Positions 9,610-18,570 of a stretch of 64,000 bases of DNA are shown piece after piece; positions within the stretch are counted from its first letter, which is position 1; every line of letters begins with the position of its first letter. The translations under genes were made by a program, and so were the position numbers. The notes below the pieces were generated by a model. It searched no databases and was not told the DNA's origin. It saw nothing but the letters and a program-made list of their open reading frames with translations. The stretch lies in contig OY782041.1 of the NCBI GenBank assembly GCA_963677595.1, positions 1,984,001-2,048,000 of the forward strand, read 5' to 3'. The stretch comes from Spirochaetia bacterium. GTDB lineage: Bacteria > Spirochaetota > Spirochaetia > CAKZLE01.

Positions 9610-10545
9610 TCAGTTGCTTTCCTGGAAGATCCAGGTTGATAAGTATCGCTCCCCGGTGTCGGGAAGGATGACGATAAAGCGTTTCCCCTCATTGGGAATG
9701 GTTTTCGCGACCTCATAGGCGGCAGTCACAGCTGCCCCGGATGAGATGCCTACGAAGAGTCCCTCGGTCTTGGCTAGCTGCCGGGTCATACTGGCGGCTG
9801 ACTCATTCGAGACAGCCTTCACCTCATCGATCAGCCCGATGTCGAGGACCTCAGGGATGAATCCTGCCCCGATACCCTGGATCTTGTGTGGTCCGGGTCC
9901 ATTCCCGGACAGGACCGCGGAATCTTTTGGTTCGACTCCTATGATCTGTATATTCGGGATCGCGTCCTTCAACACAGACCCATTGCCTGAAATAGTCCCT
10001 CCGGTACCGATACCGGCTACAAAGTAGTCGACCTTACCTTCGGTATCCTCAAGGATCTCCACTGCGGTCGTCCTGCGGTGGGTCTCCGGGTTCGCGGGGT
10101 TCGTGAACTGCTGGGGCATGAAGCTTCCCGGGTTCTCAGACACGATCTCCTCCGCCTTCTCGATGGCAGCCTTCATCCCGCCGGCAGCGGGGGTGAGTAC
10201 CAGTTCAGCTCCCAATGCCTTCAGGAGGTTTCGCCGTTCCAGGCTCATCGACTCGGGCATCGTCAGGATGATCCGGTAGCCCCTGGCTGCCGAGATGTAG
10301 GCAAGCCCGACGCCGGTGTTCCCGCTCGTTGGCTCGACGATGAGAGATCCTTTTGTGAGGAGTCCCCTCTTCTCGGCATCCTCGATCATCCCCAGGGCGA
10401 TTCGGTCCTTGACCGAGGCGAGCGGGTTGAAGGACTCGACCTTCGCTATGATCTCGTTACCCGTCTCATCTGATAATGAATTGATCCGGACGAGCGGGGT
10501 CTTCCCGATCAGGTCCGTTATACTTCCTGCTATCCTCATACTCAT
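9610..10545 (-). CDS. cysK: Cysteine synthase A
   Basis: FNPLASVKDR, EPTSGNTG, QQFTNPAN, GIGTGGT, HKIQGIG, PDTGERYLST. Confidence 0.96.
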   Translation of the reverse strand: MSMRIAGSITDLIGKTPLVRINSLSDETGNEIIAKVESFNPLASVKDRIALGMIEDAEKRGLLTKGSLIVEPTSGNTGVGLAYISAARGYRIILTMPESMSLERRNLLKALGAELVLTPAAGGMKAAIEKAEEIVSENPGSFMPQQFTNPANPETHRRTTAVEILEDTEGKVDYFVAGIGTGGTISGNGSVLKDAIPNIQIIGVEPKDSAVLSGNGPGPHKIQGIGAGFIPEVLDIGLIDEVKAVSNESAASMTRQLAKTEGLFVGISSGAAVTAAYEVAKTIPNEGKRFIVILPDTGERYLSTWIFQESN

Positions 10546-10561
10546 CTCCTCTTGTCCTCAC

Positions 10562-11002
10562 CTAGATGACATAGTCGGCCATGAACTCTGAATTCTCCTC
10601 TTTGAGGATCAGATCTTCCAATGTGTATTTCTCAAGGACTTCCCTGATAGCCTGGTAGAGCTCGTTCCATACCGGCTGAGTTGCACAGATACCATTCTTC
10701 GGGCAGTTGGCTTCATTGGTGTCGACGCAGTAGACCGGGACGATGGTGCCCTCTAAAGCCTCGACCACCTGGAGGACGGTGATCGTCGAGGGATGCCGGG
10801 TCAGCTGGTAGCCGCCATGGGCTCCCCTGATGGTCCGTATCAAGCCTGCCGCCTTCAGCGTGATCAGGATGTTCTCGATATAGGAGTCGGGGACCTGCTG
10901 GGTCTCGACGATCTCCTTGCGCTTGATAGGGGCGTTCCCATACCGCTTCGCGATCTCTAATATAGCCCGTGTCCCGTATCTTCCCTTTGTCGATAATCTC
11001 AT
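10562..11002 (-). CDS. Rrf2 family transcriptional regulator (CymR/IscR-like)
   Basis: LSTKGRYG, RGAHGGY wHTH motifs; three C-terminal Cys (CVDTNEANCPKNGIC); first gene of the cysK-metY-metA operon. Confidence 0.92.
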   Translation of the reverse strand: MRLSTKGRYGTRAILEIAKRYGNAPIKRKEIVETQQVPDSYIENILITLKAAGLIRTIRGAHGGYQLTRHPSTITVLQVVEALEGTIVPVYCVDTNEANCPKNGICATQPVWNELYQAIREVLEKYTLEDLILKEENSEFMADYVI

Positions 11003-11042
11003 ACGCCGTCCTTAATGTTTATAAAACTAGTGAACATAATGA

Positions 11043-11071
11043 ACATTACCAATAATCGGGAGAGAAATCAA
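11043..11071 (-). promoter_or_regulatory. Putative sigma70 promoter of the Rrf2-cysK-metY-metA operon
   Basis: Minus strand TTGATT (11071-11066), 17 bp, TAATGT (11048-11043) preceded by TG. Two TGAACAT direct repeats lie just downstream and overlap it. Confidence 0.5.
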
Positions 11072-11090
11072 GAGTCTGACTGAATATTTT

Positions 11091-11654
11091 TTACGAATTT
11101 TCTATGATCGACGAGATCTGGCGTACTGCGGTACGTACGGCGGCGGGGAATGAACTCCCGCTGTCAAAGAAGGGTATCCCCAATGCAGCGCATTGCCCGG
11201 ACATGACCCTGCCTTCCCTGATGAAGTCGCCGAGTATCTTCAGCATCTCCCCATCCGGGGTGTTCACCGTCCAGTCCTCTTCTCGCTGGTAGGCCCTGAT
11301 ATCCTGGAGCTTCTCCTCAGGGCTCATCCCGGGATACCCCAGATAGAGTGCGGGGATGCCGAGAGGTGCGACCTCCCGGTGGTAATCCTCAGGATACAGC
11401 TGGTAGAGGTCCAGGATGAAATCGGATGCCTCATAAGCGAGATGCAGGCAGAAGGAGCGGACGAAGGCTGCGAGGACCGGGCTGAACTCATGGTTGTCAT
11501 CAAGGTGGTGTATCCCGGTTCCAGGATAGAGTTCTTCGAGTGTCGAGATGATGCTGTCCATGGGCACATAGTTGAATCGGGGATAAGCCCGGCAGACCTC
11601 TTTGATGATGGTCGATTTTCCTGAACGTGATGTTCCCGCTACGATGATGGTCAT
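11091..11654 (-). CDS. P-loop NTPase / nucleotide-kinase-like hypothetical protein
   Basis: N-terminal Walker A IVAGTSRSGKST, 187 aa, kinase-like size. Confidence 0.7.
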   Translation of the reverse strand: MTIIVAGTSRSGKSTIIKEVCRAYPRFNYVPMDSIISTLEELYPGTGIHHLDDNHEFSPVLAAFVRSFCLHLAYEASDFILDLYQLYPEDYHREVAPLGIPALYLGYPGMSPEEKLQDIRAYQREEDWTVNTPDGEMLKILGDFIREGRVMSGQCAALGIPFFDSGSSFPAAVRTAVRQISSIIENS

Positions 11655-11686
11655 ATTTCCCCCTGTATGCTTCCTGAAGAAAGTCC

Positions 11687-11741
11687 TTGACGGAACAGGA
11701 AACCTGTTCTACACTTAGTTTGTTCGACGGATAAACTAAGT
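11687..11741 (+). promoter_or_regulatory. sigma70 promoter with overlapping ROK operator
   Basis: TTGACG (11687) -17 bp- TACACT (11710); perfect palindrome ACTTAGTTT-N11-AAACTAAGT (11713-11741) resembling XylR-type ROK operators. Confidence 0.85.
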
Positions 11742-11760
11742 ATAGATGACGGGAGCTGCC

Positions 11761-12951
11761 ATGTCAAGAATCGGTGATAACGAACTGATCAAGAACCTCA
11801 ACTACAAGACCATCCTCGATGCCATCCGCACTGCGGGGGCTATCTCAAGGATCGAACTGTCGAGAAGGACCGGCCTCTCGAGATCCACCTGTTCAGGGAT
11901 CTGCGATCGGATGCTCAGGCAGGGGGTCATCCACGAGACCGGGAAGAGCGACTCCTCCGGCGGGAGGAGGGCGACGCTGCTCGAGATCCAGAACAGGGCG
12001 GGGGTCGTGCTCGGGATGAAGCTGATGGACGGCCTGATTGACGGGGCCGTCGTAGACCTGGAAGGGACGGTACTCAACCACCAGGTGACCACCATCCCCA
12101 GGCACCTGACCCCGGAAGCCTACATCTCGGAGATCGTCGATATCTTCACCGCCATCAGGTCTGCCCATAAGGAGCTGCTCCCCGAGGTCCCGATCCTCGG
12201 GATCGGGGTAGGCATCAGCGGCAGGATCGATGCAGAGCAGGGTATCCTGATCGAGAGTTCTGTCCTGGACTGGAAGGATCTCCCCTTACGGGATCTTCTT
12301 GAGGAGCGATTGAGACTCCCCATCTTCGTGGAGAATGATGTGAACTCCCTCGCATTCGGGGAACGGTTCTTCGGGTCGGGTCGTGACTATGACAACTTCC
12401 TCTGTCTTACCATCGGGGAGGGGATCGGTCTCGGGATCATCCATGATGGGGAACTCTTCTCCGGGAACCATAATTCAGCAGGTGAGATCGGCCATATCAG
12501 GGTATCGCTTGATGCGGATGCGCCGGGATGTGCCTGCGGGAGGAAGGGGTGCCTCGAGGCATATGCCGCAGACCGGGCGATCTTAGCCTCCTATGAGCAG
12601 GCGACAGGCGAAGCCTGCACGATCTCAGAACTGGTAGCCCGGGCCGATGCCCAGGATGCCGATGCGGTTGCAGCCTTCAGGAGGGCAGGGTCCTATCTCG
12701 GGCTCGCGCTCTCGACGACCGTGAACCTCTTCGACCCGCAGGCCGTGATCATCGGCGGGGAGCGGGTGGATGCAGCCGGCCATTTCCTGCAGACGATGAA
12801 GGAGGTCTTCGAAGAGAACTCCGTCTATAACCTCGCCCATGAGGTCGAGCTCATCGTCATGGAACCCTCCAATGACCTCTGGGTCAGGGGGGTTGCCGCC
12901 CTTGCGATCCGGGAGTTCTTTTCCCGAAGTGAATCCTGGGAGGCTCTCTGA
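11761..12951 (+). CDS. ROK family transcriptional repressor
   Basis: N-terminal HTH (ISRIELSRRTGLSRST), ENDVN, GEIGH, CACGRKGCLE Zn motif. Start taken at ATG 11761 after GGGAG. Confidence 0.95.
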   Translation: MSRIGDNELIKNLNYKTILDAIRTAGAISRIELSRRTGLSRSTCSGICDRMLRQGVIHETGKSDSSGGRRATLLEIQNRAGVVLGMKLMDGLIDGAVVDLEGTVLNHQVTTIPRHLTPEAYISEIVDIFTAIRSAHKELLPEVPILGIGVGISGRIDAEQGILIESSVLDWKDLPLRDLLEERLRLPIFVENDVNSLAFGERFFGSGRDYDNFLCLTIGEGIGLGIIHDGELFSGNHNSAGEIGHIRVSLDADAPGCACGRKGCLEAYAADRAILASYEQATGEACTISELVARADAQDADAVAAFRRAGSYLGLALSTTVNLFDPQAVIIGGERVDAAGHFLQTMKEVFEENSVYNLAHEVELIVMEPSNDLWVRGVAALAIREFFSRSESWEAL

Positions 12952-13844
12952 TGTATACCGGATCCAAGCAGCAGACGAGGCAGGCGGTCATCCTGTTCCT
13001 TCTCCCTGCAGCAGCAGCCCTGGCACTCTTCTTCCTCCTCCCGATCCTCGTATCGGCAGTCATGTGCTTCCTGGACTATGACCCCCTCAAAGGCTTCGAG
13101 GCGATCACGTTTGCCGGCCTGGACCATTTCAGGCGGCTCTTCTCAACAGAGGACCTTGCCCAGCAGTTTCGTCATGTGCTCTATTATATGGTGCTCTACA
13201 TCCCGCTCATCCTCATCACCTCCATGTCAGAAGCGCTGGTCCTCAATCGCGATTTCATCGGGAAGAAGATCTACAAGATCCTCTTCTACCTCCCGGTCAT
13301 CTCCTCCTGGGTCGCCGTTGCCCTCATCTGGAAGTGGCTGCTCAACGGCAAATACGGCCTGATCAACAACTGGCTGCTGCTCCTCGGCATCGACGGCCCG
13401 AGCTGGATGACCTCCCAGGTCTGGGCGATGCCGGGGGTAGTCCTGGCGGCAGTCTGGAAGGATACGGGGTATTACGCACTGATCCTGCTCGCAGCCTTGA
13501 AGGGCATCGACAGGACCTACTACGAGGCGGCGAGGATCGATGGGGCAACCGGGTGGCAGCGGTTCAAAGGCATCACGCTCCCGCTGATCTCCCCGACGAT
13601 GTTCCTGCTCGTCATCATCAACGTGATCAACGGGTTCCAGGTCTTCGAGTCGATCTACATCATGACCGACGGCGGTCCTGCAGGGGCGACCCGGGTGCCG
13701 GTGGAGCAGATCTACAAGAATGCATTCACCTATTTCAATATGGGGTATGCCTCGACGATCGCCTGGTCGCTTGCGATCGTGATCTTCATCGTCACGATCG
13801 TCCAATTCAAGTTCCAGGACAGGTGGGTGACCTATGAAGGCTGA
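12951..13844 (+). CDS. Carbohydrate ABC transporter permease (MalF-like)
   Basis: EAA loop YYEAARIDGA, TDGGP, MGYAST; 6 TM. Confidence 0.95.
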   Translation: MYTGSKQQTRQAVILFLLPAAAALALFFLLPILVSAVMCFLDYDPLKGFEAITFAGLDHFRRLFSTEDLAQQFRHVLYYMVLYIPLILITSMSEALVLNRDFIGKKIYKILFYLPVISSWVAVALIWKWLLNGKYGLINNWLLLLGIDGPSWMTSQVWAMPGVVLAAVWKDTGYYALILLAALKGIDRTYYEAARIDGATGWQRFKGITLPLISPTMFLLVIINVINGFQVFESIYIMTDGGPAGATRVPVEQIYKNAFTYFNMGYASTIAWSLAIVIFIVTIVQFKFQDRWVTYEG

Positions 13845-14667
13845 GAAAGATATCAAGCGGATACTCTTCTATACCGCGATCACGCTTATCGCGCTCGCAG
13901 CGCTCGTTCCCTTTCTCTGGATGGTCAGCACCTCCTTCAAGGCACGGGAAGCCATCCACACGATCCCCATCAGGTGGATCCCGAAGGAACCGAGCGTCGA
14001 GGCCTATACCCAGATCTTCAGCCTGAGTAACGTGAACTTCGCGCGGTCGATCCTCAACAGCTTCTATGTCTCGATCCTGCTGACGATCATCCCGCTGCTG
14101 ACCTCGGCCATGGCTGCCTTCGCCTTCGCAAAGCTGGAGTTCAGGGGCAAGAACCTCCTTTTCAGCATCTTCCTCTTCACGATGATGCTCCCCGGGACGA
14201 TCACGATGATCCCGAACTTCATCACATTGAAGAGCCTGGGGCTGCTGAACAGGTACCTTGCCCTGCTGCTCCCTGCCCTGTGCAATGCCTTCGCCATCTT
14301 CTTCATCAGGCAGAACATGATGCGCATCAGCAATGTCTACATCGAGGCAGCCATGATGGACGGGGCATCGCTCTACCGGGTCTTCTGGATGATTATGCTG
14401 CCGCTCTCGAAGCCGGTGCTCTTCACCATGGGGCTCTTCAACTTCATGGGGGCCTGGAACAATTTCCTCTGGCCGCTGATCGTTCTCTCGAACAGGAACA
14501 AGTGGACGCTGCAGCTCGGCCTGGGGAATATGGGAACACAGTTCGGGAACTACCAGCACTACCTGATGGCAGGTTCCCTCATCTCGATCGTGCCGATCGT
14601 CATCGTCTACATCATCGCGCAGAAATATGTGGAAGAAGGGCTCTCCACGGGAGGCCTCAAAGGATAG
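13834..14667 (+). CDS. Carbohydrate ABC transporter permease (MalG-like)
   Basis: IEAAMMDGA, WNNFLWPL, C-terminal GGLKG. Confidence 0.95.
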   Translation: MKAEKDIKRILFYTAITLIALAALVPFLWMVSTSFKAREAIHTIPIRWIPKEPSVEAYTQIFSLSNVNFARSILNSFYVSILLTIIPLLTSAMAAFAFAKLEFRGKNLLFSIFLFTMMLPGTITMIPNFITLKSLGLLNRYLALLLPALCNAFAIFFIRQNMMRISNVYIEAAMMDGASLYRVFWMIMLPLSKPVLFTMGLFNFMGAWNNFLWPLIVLSNRNKWTLQLGLGNMGTQFGNYQHYLMAGSLISIVPIVIVYIIAQKYVEEGLSTGGLKG

Positions 14668-14732
14668 CTTGGCCCCGGACCAATCGATTCCGGATAGAAA
14701 TACCATATGGATTATGGAAAAAGGAGTTAGAA

Positions 14733-15998
14733 ATGAAGAACAGGTATCGAGTACTTGCAGCTGTGCTTATCATATGCTGTACCGCAGTATCGTTGTTCGC
14801 AGCAGGAGCGCAGGAGAAGGACGAGGTCATCACGATCAAGTACAACAACTTCTCAGCAGGGGAGACGAACGCGGAGGTCCTCAAGGAGATGATCGCCATC
14901 TTCGAGGCGGACCATCCGAACATCAGGATCGAGAACGAGGCCATGGGCTACGGGGACAACTACTGGACCCAGCTGGTGACGCGGATCGCCGGCAATGATG
15001 CCCCGGACTGCTTCGAGCTCAACATGGAGAATTTCCTCGCCCATGCTACCAGGGGCTCCCTCCAGCCGCTGGACGGGCTGTTCTCTCAGACCGGGCTTGA
15101 CAAGGATGTCTACAGTGCAGGCCTCCTGGAAGCCGTGAGCTTCAACGGGGAGCTTCAGGCGATCCCCCTGATGTTCTCGACCGTCGTGCTGGTCTACAAC
15201 ATGGACCTCTTCGACCAGGCCGGGGTCGCCTACCCGACCGCTGACTGGACCTGGGCTGACTCACTGGAAGCAGGCAAGAAGATCTCAGCCCTCGGTGATG
15301 ATATCTGGGGTATGTTCAACCCGATCCAGTTCTGGGAGTTCTACAAGGTCTCGCAGCAGAACGGCGGCGGGCTCATGACGCCGGACGGGAAGAAGCTGAC
15401 GATCAACAGCAAGGCGAACGTGGAGACCCTCCAGTACATGCTCGACCGTGTCTACAAGTACGATGTCATGCCCGACAAGGAAGAGCAGGCTGACAGGCCT
15501 GAGTCAGACCTCTTCGTAGAAGGGAAGCTCGGCATGTGGCTCAATGGTGTATGGGCATTCAACGACCTGCAGCAGCGTGCTGATTTCCCCTGGGGAGTCG
15601 AGGTCGAACCAGGCAATACCTCCAAGGCTACCCATTTCTTCGGGAACGTTGGCTGTGTGAGCAAGACGACTGAGCACCCGGAAGAGGCGTTCATGTTCCT
15701 CAACTTCCTGGCATCTGACCCCAGGGCAGTGGATCTTCGCCTTGAGGCGCAGTGGGAACTCCCGACGGTATCAGATCCTGAGATCATGAAGCGCTATATC
15801 GAAGATACCCCGCCGGAGAATAAGATCGCTGTACTCAATTCACTTGACTATGCCGTGAAGCCGCCGGCTCTCGAACAGTTCGCTGAGCTCACGAACATCG
15901 TGAACACCAAGATCGAGATGGCTAGAGACGGTCTTCTTTCTGCGCAGGACGCATTGGACCAGGCACAGAAAGAAGCCGAAGCACAGATCACCCTGTAA
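14733..15998 (+). CDS. Sugar ABC transporter substrate-binding protein
   Basis: True start MKNRYR at 14733 after AGGAG (the track ORF is over-extended); signal ...SLFAAGAQE; YNMDLFDQAG, WTWAD motifs. Confidence 0.93.
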   Translation: MKNRYRVLAAVLIICCTAVSLFAAGAQEKDEVITIKYNNFSAGETNAEVLKEMIAIFEADHPNIRIENEAMGYGDNYWTQLVTRIAGNDAPDCFELNMENFLAHATRGSLQPLDGLFSQTGLDKDVYSAGLLEAVSFNGELQAIPLMFSTVVLVYNMDLFDQAGVAYPTADWTWADSLEAGKKISALGDDIWGMFNPIQFWEFYKVSQQNGGGLMTPDGKKLTINSKANVETLQYMLDRVYKYDVMPDKEEQADRPESDLFVEGKLGMWLNGVWAFNDLQQRADFPWGVEVEPGNTSKATHFFGNVGCVSKTTEHPEEAFMFLNFLASDPRAVDLRLEAQWELPTVSDPEIMKRYIEDTPPENKIAVLNSLDYAVKPPALEQFAELTNIVNTKIEMARDGLLSAQDALDQAQKEAEAQITL

Positions 15999-16023
15999 CC
16001 CAGAAACAGGAACCTGTACTAGA

Positions 16024-16051
16024 GGTGTCCGGATCGCTAAATCCGGGCACC
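16024..16051 (+). terminator. Stem-loop after the binding-protein gene
   Basis: GGTGTCCGGAT / ATCCGGGCACC stem followed by ATTTG. Confidence 0.55.
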
Positions 16052-16063
16052 ATTTGATTACGC

Positions 16064-18565
16064 ATGATAAGGAATGTCCGCATGAATTACAATGACCTAC
16101 AGATCAAGCACGTGCCATTAGGCAATGAACAACCCTATTTTCATCAGCCGTTCGAGCGGATCCCGTGCTACCCGATGCCCGGTAATATAATCATGTTAGG
16201 GGCGGTGGTGACTCCCATGGATGCGGGAGAGACGGTCTCACTGTTCTGGAGGACCTGGCAGTCTGACTCTTTCAACGAGAAGGCTGCCTTCTGCATCGGC
16301 ACGAGCGACAGTGTCGGGAACAGCGGCGGCGACCGGTACTGGATGGCATCCATTCCCAGCATTGGCAAGGATGAGACCTTGGAGTATTTCTTCCGGGTCA
16401 GTTCGGGGAAGGAGACTGTGGAGACGGAGAGGTTTACCTATACCTCAGGGACGAGTGACGGGTTCACCTGTATTGATGCATACTTCCCCTGTAAGGATGC
16501 TATCATCGTCAAGCTGCACTCCCCGATGACTCAGAAGGTACGGTATGTGACTGTGAGGGCAGAGGAAGACCATATCATGACCGAGATCTTCATCGGTGAG
16601 GATGTACCGGCTGGGGTCGGCAGGTATGGGATGCCGGTGGACCATATCCCTCGTGAAGTCAGGATCCCGGGAAGCCGCGCGTCCCTCAAGATCGAGATCA
16701 ATTACCTTCACCTGATCCTGGCTCCGGATACTGAACCGGTCTCCCTGCTAGGCGGGTTCGGCATCAGCTCAATCCTGGTCGGGGATTCAGTCTCTTCCAG
16801 TATGAGCTTCTCCATCGACATGGAGCCTGAAGAGAAGTTCTTCGGGTTCGGTGAACGGTATAACAGGCTCGACCAGCGGGGAGAGGTGCTGAGGAACCTG
16901 GTCTTCGAGCAGTACAAGAACCAGAAGCTGAAGACTTATATGCCGGTCCCGTTCTTCCAGTCGAGCAGGGGCTACGGCCTCTCGATCGACACGGACCGGG
17001 ATGTGAGCTTCGGTCTCAGCGGCGACCGGCTTTGGATTGCTGCCGAGCTTGGGTCTAATACGAGTATTACGCTCCGCTGGTATACAGGCACACCCCTCGA
17101 GATCGCTTCATCCTATGCGAAGAAGCAGCTCTCAGGGCTCGAGGTCCCGGAGTGGGCCTTAGGTCCATGGATGAGCAGCAATGAGTGGAATAGTCAGTCC
17201 AGGGTGCTCTCAGAGGTAAAAACCGGCAATGACCTCGATATTCCGGCTAGCGTCGTAGTGATCGAGGCCTGGAGTGATGAGGCTACCTTCTATATCTGGA
17301 ATGATGCGGAGTATAGGCCGAAGGCCCCGGATGAGCCGATGCTCCTCAGTGACTTCACCTTCCCGGAAGACGGGCTGTGGCCCGACCCGAAGGGGATGAT
17401 CGATGCTCTCCATGCAGATGGGAAGCGGCTTGTCCTCTGGCAGATCCCGGTCGTGAAAGAGTTCAACGAGGATCCGGAAGCGACACCCGAGCAGCAGCGG
17501 CTGGACCAGGAGTATATCGAGGATGCAGGACTCTGCCTCCGGGAGGAGGACGGTTCGGCATACCGGGTACGGCCGGGCTGGTTCTCGAACAGCAGGATGC
17601 CCGACCTCGCTTCATCGAAGGCTAGGGAGTGGTGGTTCTCCAAGCGGTCCTACCTCATGGCTGAGATGGGAGTCGACGGGTTCAAGACAGACGGCGGGGA
17701 GCACATCTGGGGAAGGACTGTCCAGGCCTCACAAGCATATGTCGAGGAATTCGGGAAGAATGTCACGGGTGACACCTTGATCAACTCCTTCCCGATGGAT
17801 TATATCGCCTCCTACCACGAGGCTATGAAGCAGCATGTACCCGACGGGACTGCCCTGACCTTCAGCAGGTCAGGGTATACCGGGGCAGGGGGGTATCCCT
17901 GTCACTGGACGGGAGACCAGGGCTCTACCTGGGATGCCTACCGGGGCGTGATCAATGCCGTGCTCAATGCGAATATATCGGGGATACCGATGATCGGCTG
18001 GGACATCGGCGGCTTCAGTGGTGAGATTCCCACTGCTGAACTCTATCTCAGGTCGACAGCAGCTGCTGTCTTCTCGCCGATCATGCAGTACCATTCCGAG
18101 TTCTACAACCATGTAGAGCCCCACGTGGACAGGACCCCGTGGAACATCGCGAAGCGGTGTGATGCACCGGAGGTGGTCGACATCTACCGGATGTTCGCGA
18201 AACTCCGAATGGCGCTGATCCCCTATATCTCAGGTGAGATCGCCCATGTGAGTGCGACAGGGGAGCCCCTTATGCGGCCGCTCTGGATTGACTCGCCAAA
18301 GGACCAGCGTGCATGGGAGATCGAGGATGAGTACCGGTTCGGCAGGGCACTCCTCATAGCCCCCGTCCTCCACGAAGGGGAGACCGGACGGGAGGTCTAC
18401 CTCCCGGAAGGGAACTGGGAAGATGCCTGGATCGGGGAGAAGGTCACGGGCGGTACGAGTGTCAGGAGGGAAGTCCCGCTCTCGACGATAGCAGTGTTCC
18501 GGGACCTGGATGCCCCCTGGCCGCTGCCTGAGGATCTCTTCAAGCAAGCACGGAAGGAGTTGTAG
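16064..18565 (+). CDS. GH31 glycoside hydrolase, cycloalternan-degrading / 1,3-alpha-isomaltosidase-like
   Basis: GFGERYN, WMSSNEWN, IEAWSDE, DGFKTDGGE (nucleophile), WTGDQ (acid/base), MQYHSE, RTPWN motifs typical of the CtsY/CADE GH31 group; no signal peptide. Confidence 0.85.
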   Translation: MIRNVRMNYNDLQIKHVPLGNEQPYFHQPFERIPCYPMPGNIIMLGAVVTPMDAGETVSLFWRTWQSDSFNEKAAFCIGTSDSVGNSGGDRYWMASIPSIGKDETLEYFFRVSSGKETVETERFTYTSGTSDGFTCIDAYFPCKDAIIVKLHSPMTQKVRYVTVRAEEDHIMTEIFIGEDVPAGVGRYGMPVDHIPREVRIPGSRASLKIEINYLHLILAPDTEPVSLLGGFGISSILVGDSVSSSMSFSIDMEPEEKFFGFGERYNRLDQRGEVLRNLVFEQYKNQKLKTYMPVPFFQSSRGYGLSIDTDRDVSFGLSGDRLWIAAELGSNTSITLRWYTGTPLEIASSYAKKQLSGLEVPEWALGPWMSSNEWNSQSRVLSEVKTGNDLDIPASVVVIEAWSDEATFYIWNDAEYRPKAPDEPMLLSDFTFPEDGLWPDPKGMIDALHADGKRLVLWQIPVVKEFNEDPEATPEQQRLDQEYIEDAGLCLREEDGSAYRVRPGWFSNSRMPDLASSKAREWWFSKRSYLMAEMGVDGFKTDGGEHIWGRTVQASQAYVEEFGKNVTGDTLINSFPMDYIASYHEAMKQHVPDGTALTFSRSGYTGAGGYPCHWTGDQGSTWDAYRGVINAVLNANISGIPMIGWDIGGFSGEIPTAELYLRSTAAAVFSPIMQYHSEFYNHVEPHVDRTPWNIAKRCDAPEVVDIYRMFAKLRMALIPYISGEIAHVSATGEPLMRPLWIDSPKDQRAWEIEDEYRFGRALLIAPVLHEGETGREVYLPEGNWEDAWIGEKVTGGTSVRREVPLSTIAVFRDLDAPWPLPEDLFKQARKEL

Positions 18566-18570
18566 CACCT

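Noticed and set aside
11003-11090. SAM or T-box riboswitch for the met/cys operon
   Set aside because: The leader is too short and lacks the conserved motifs.
14280-14732. 151-aa N-terminal extension of the sugar-binding protein
   Set aside because: Overlaps the permease in another frame; the RBS and signal peptide are at 14733. Similar over-extensions were trimmed at 27681, 33501, 43987, 44949, 49681, 58280, 63782 and 7387.
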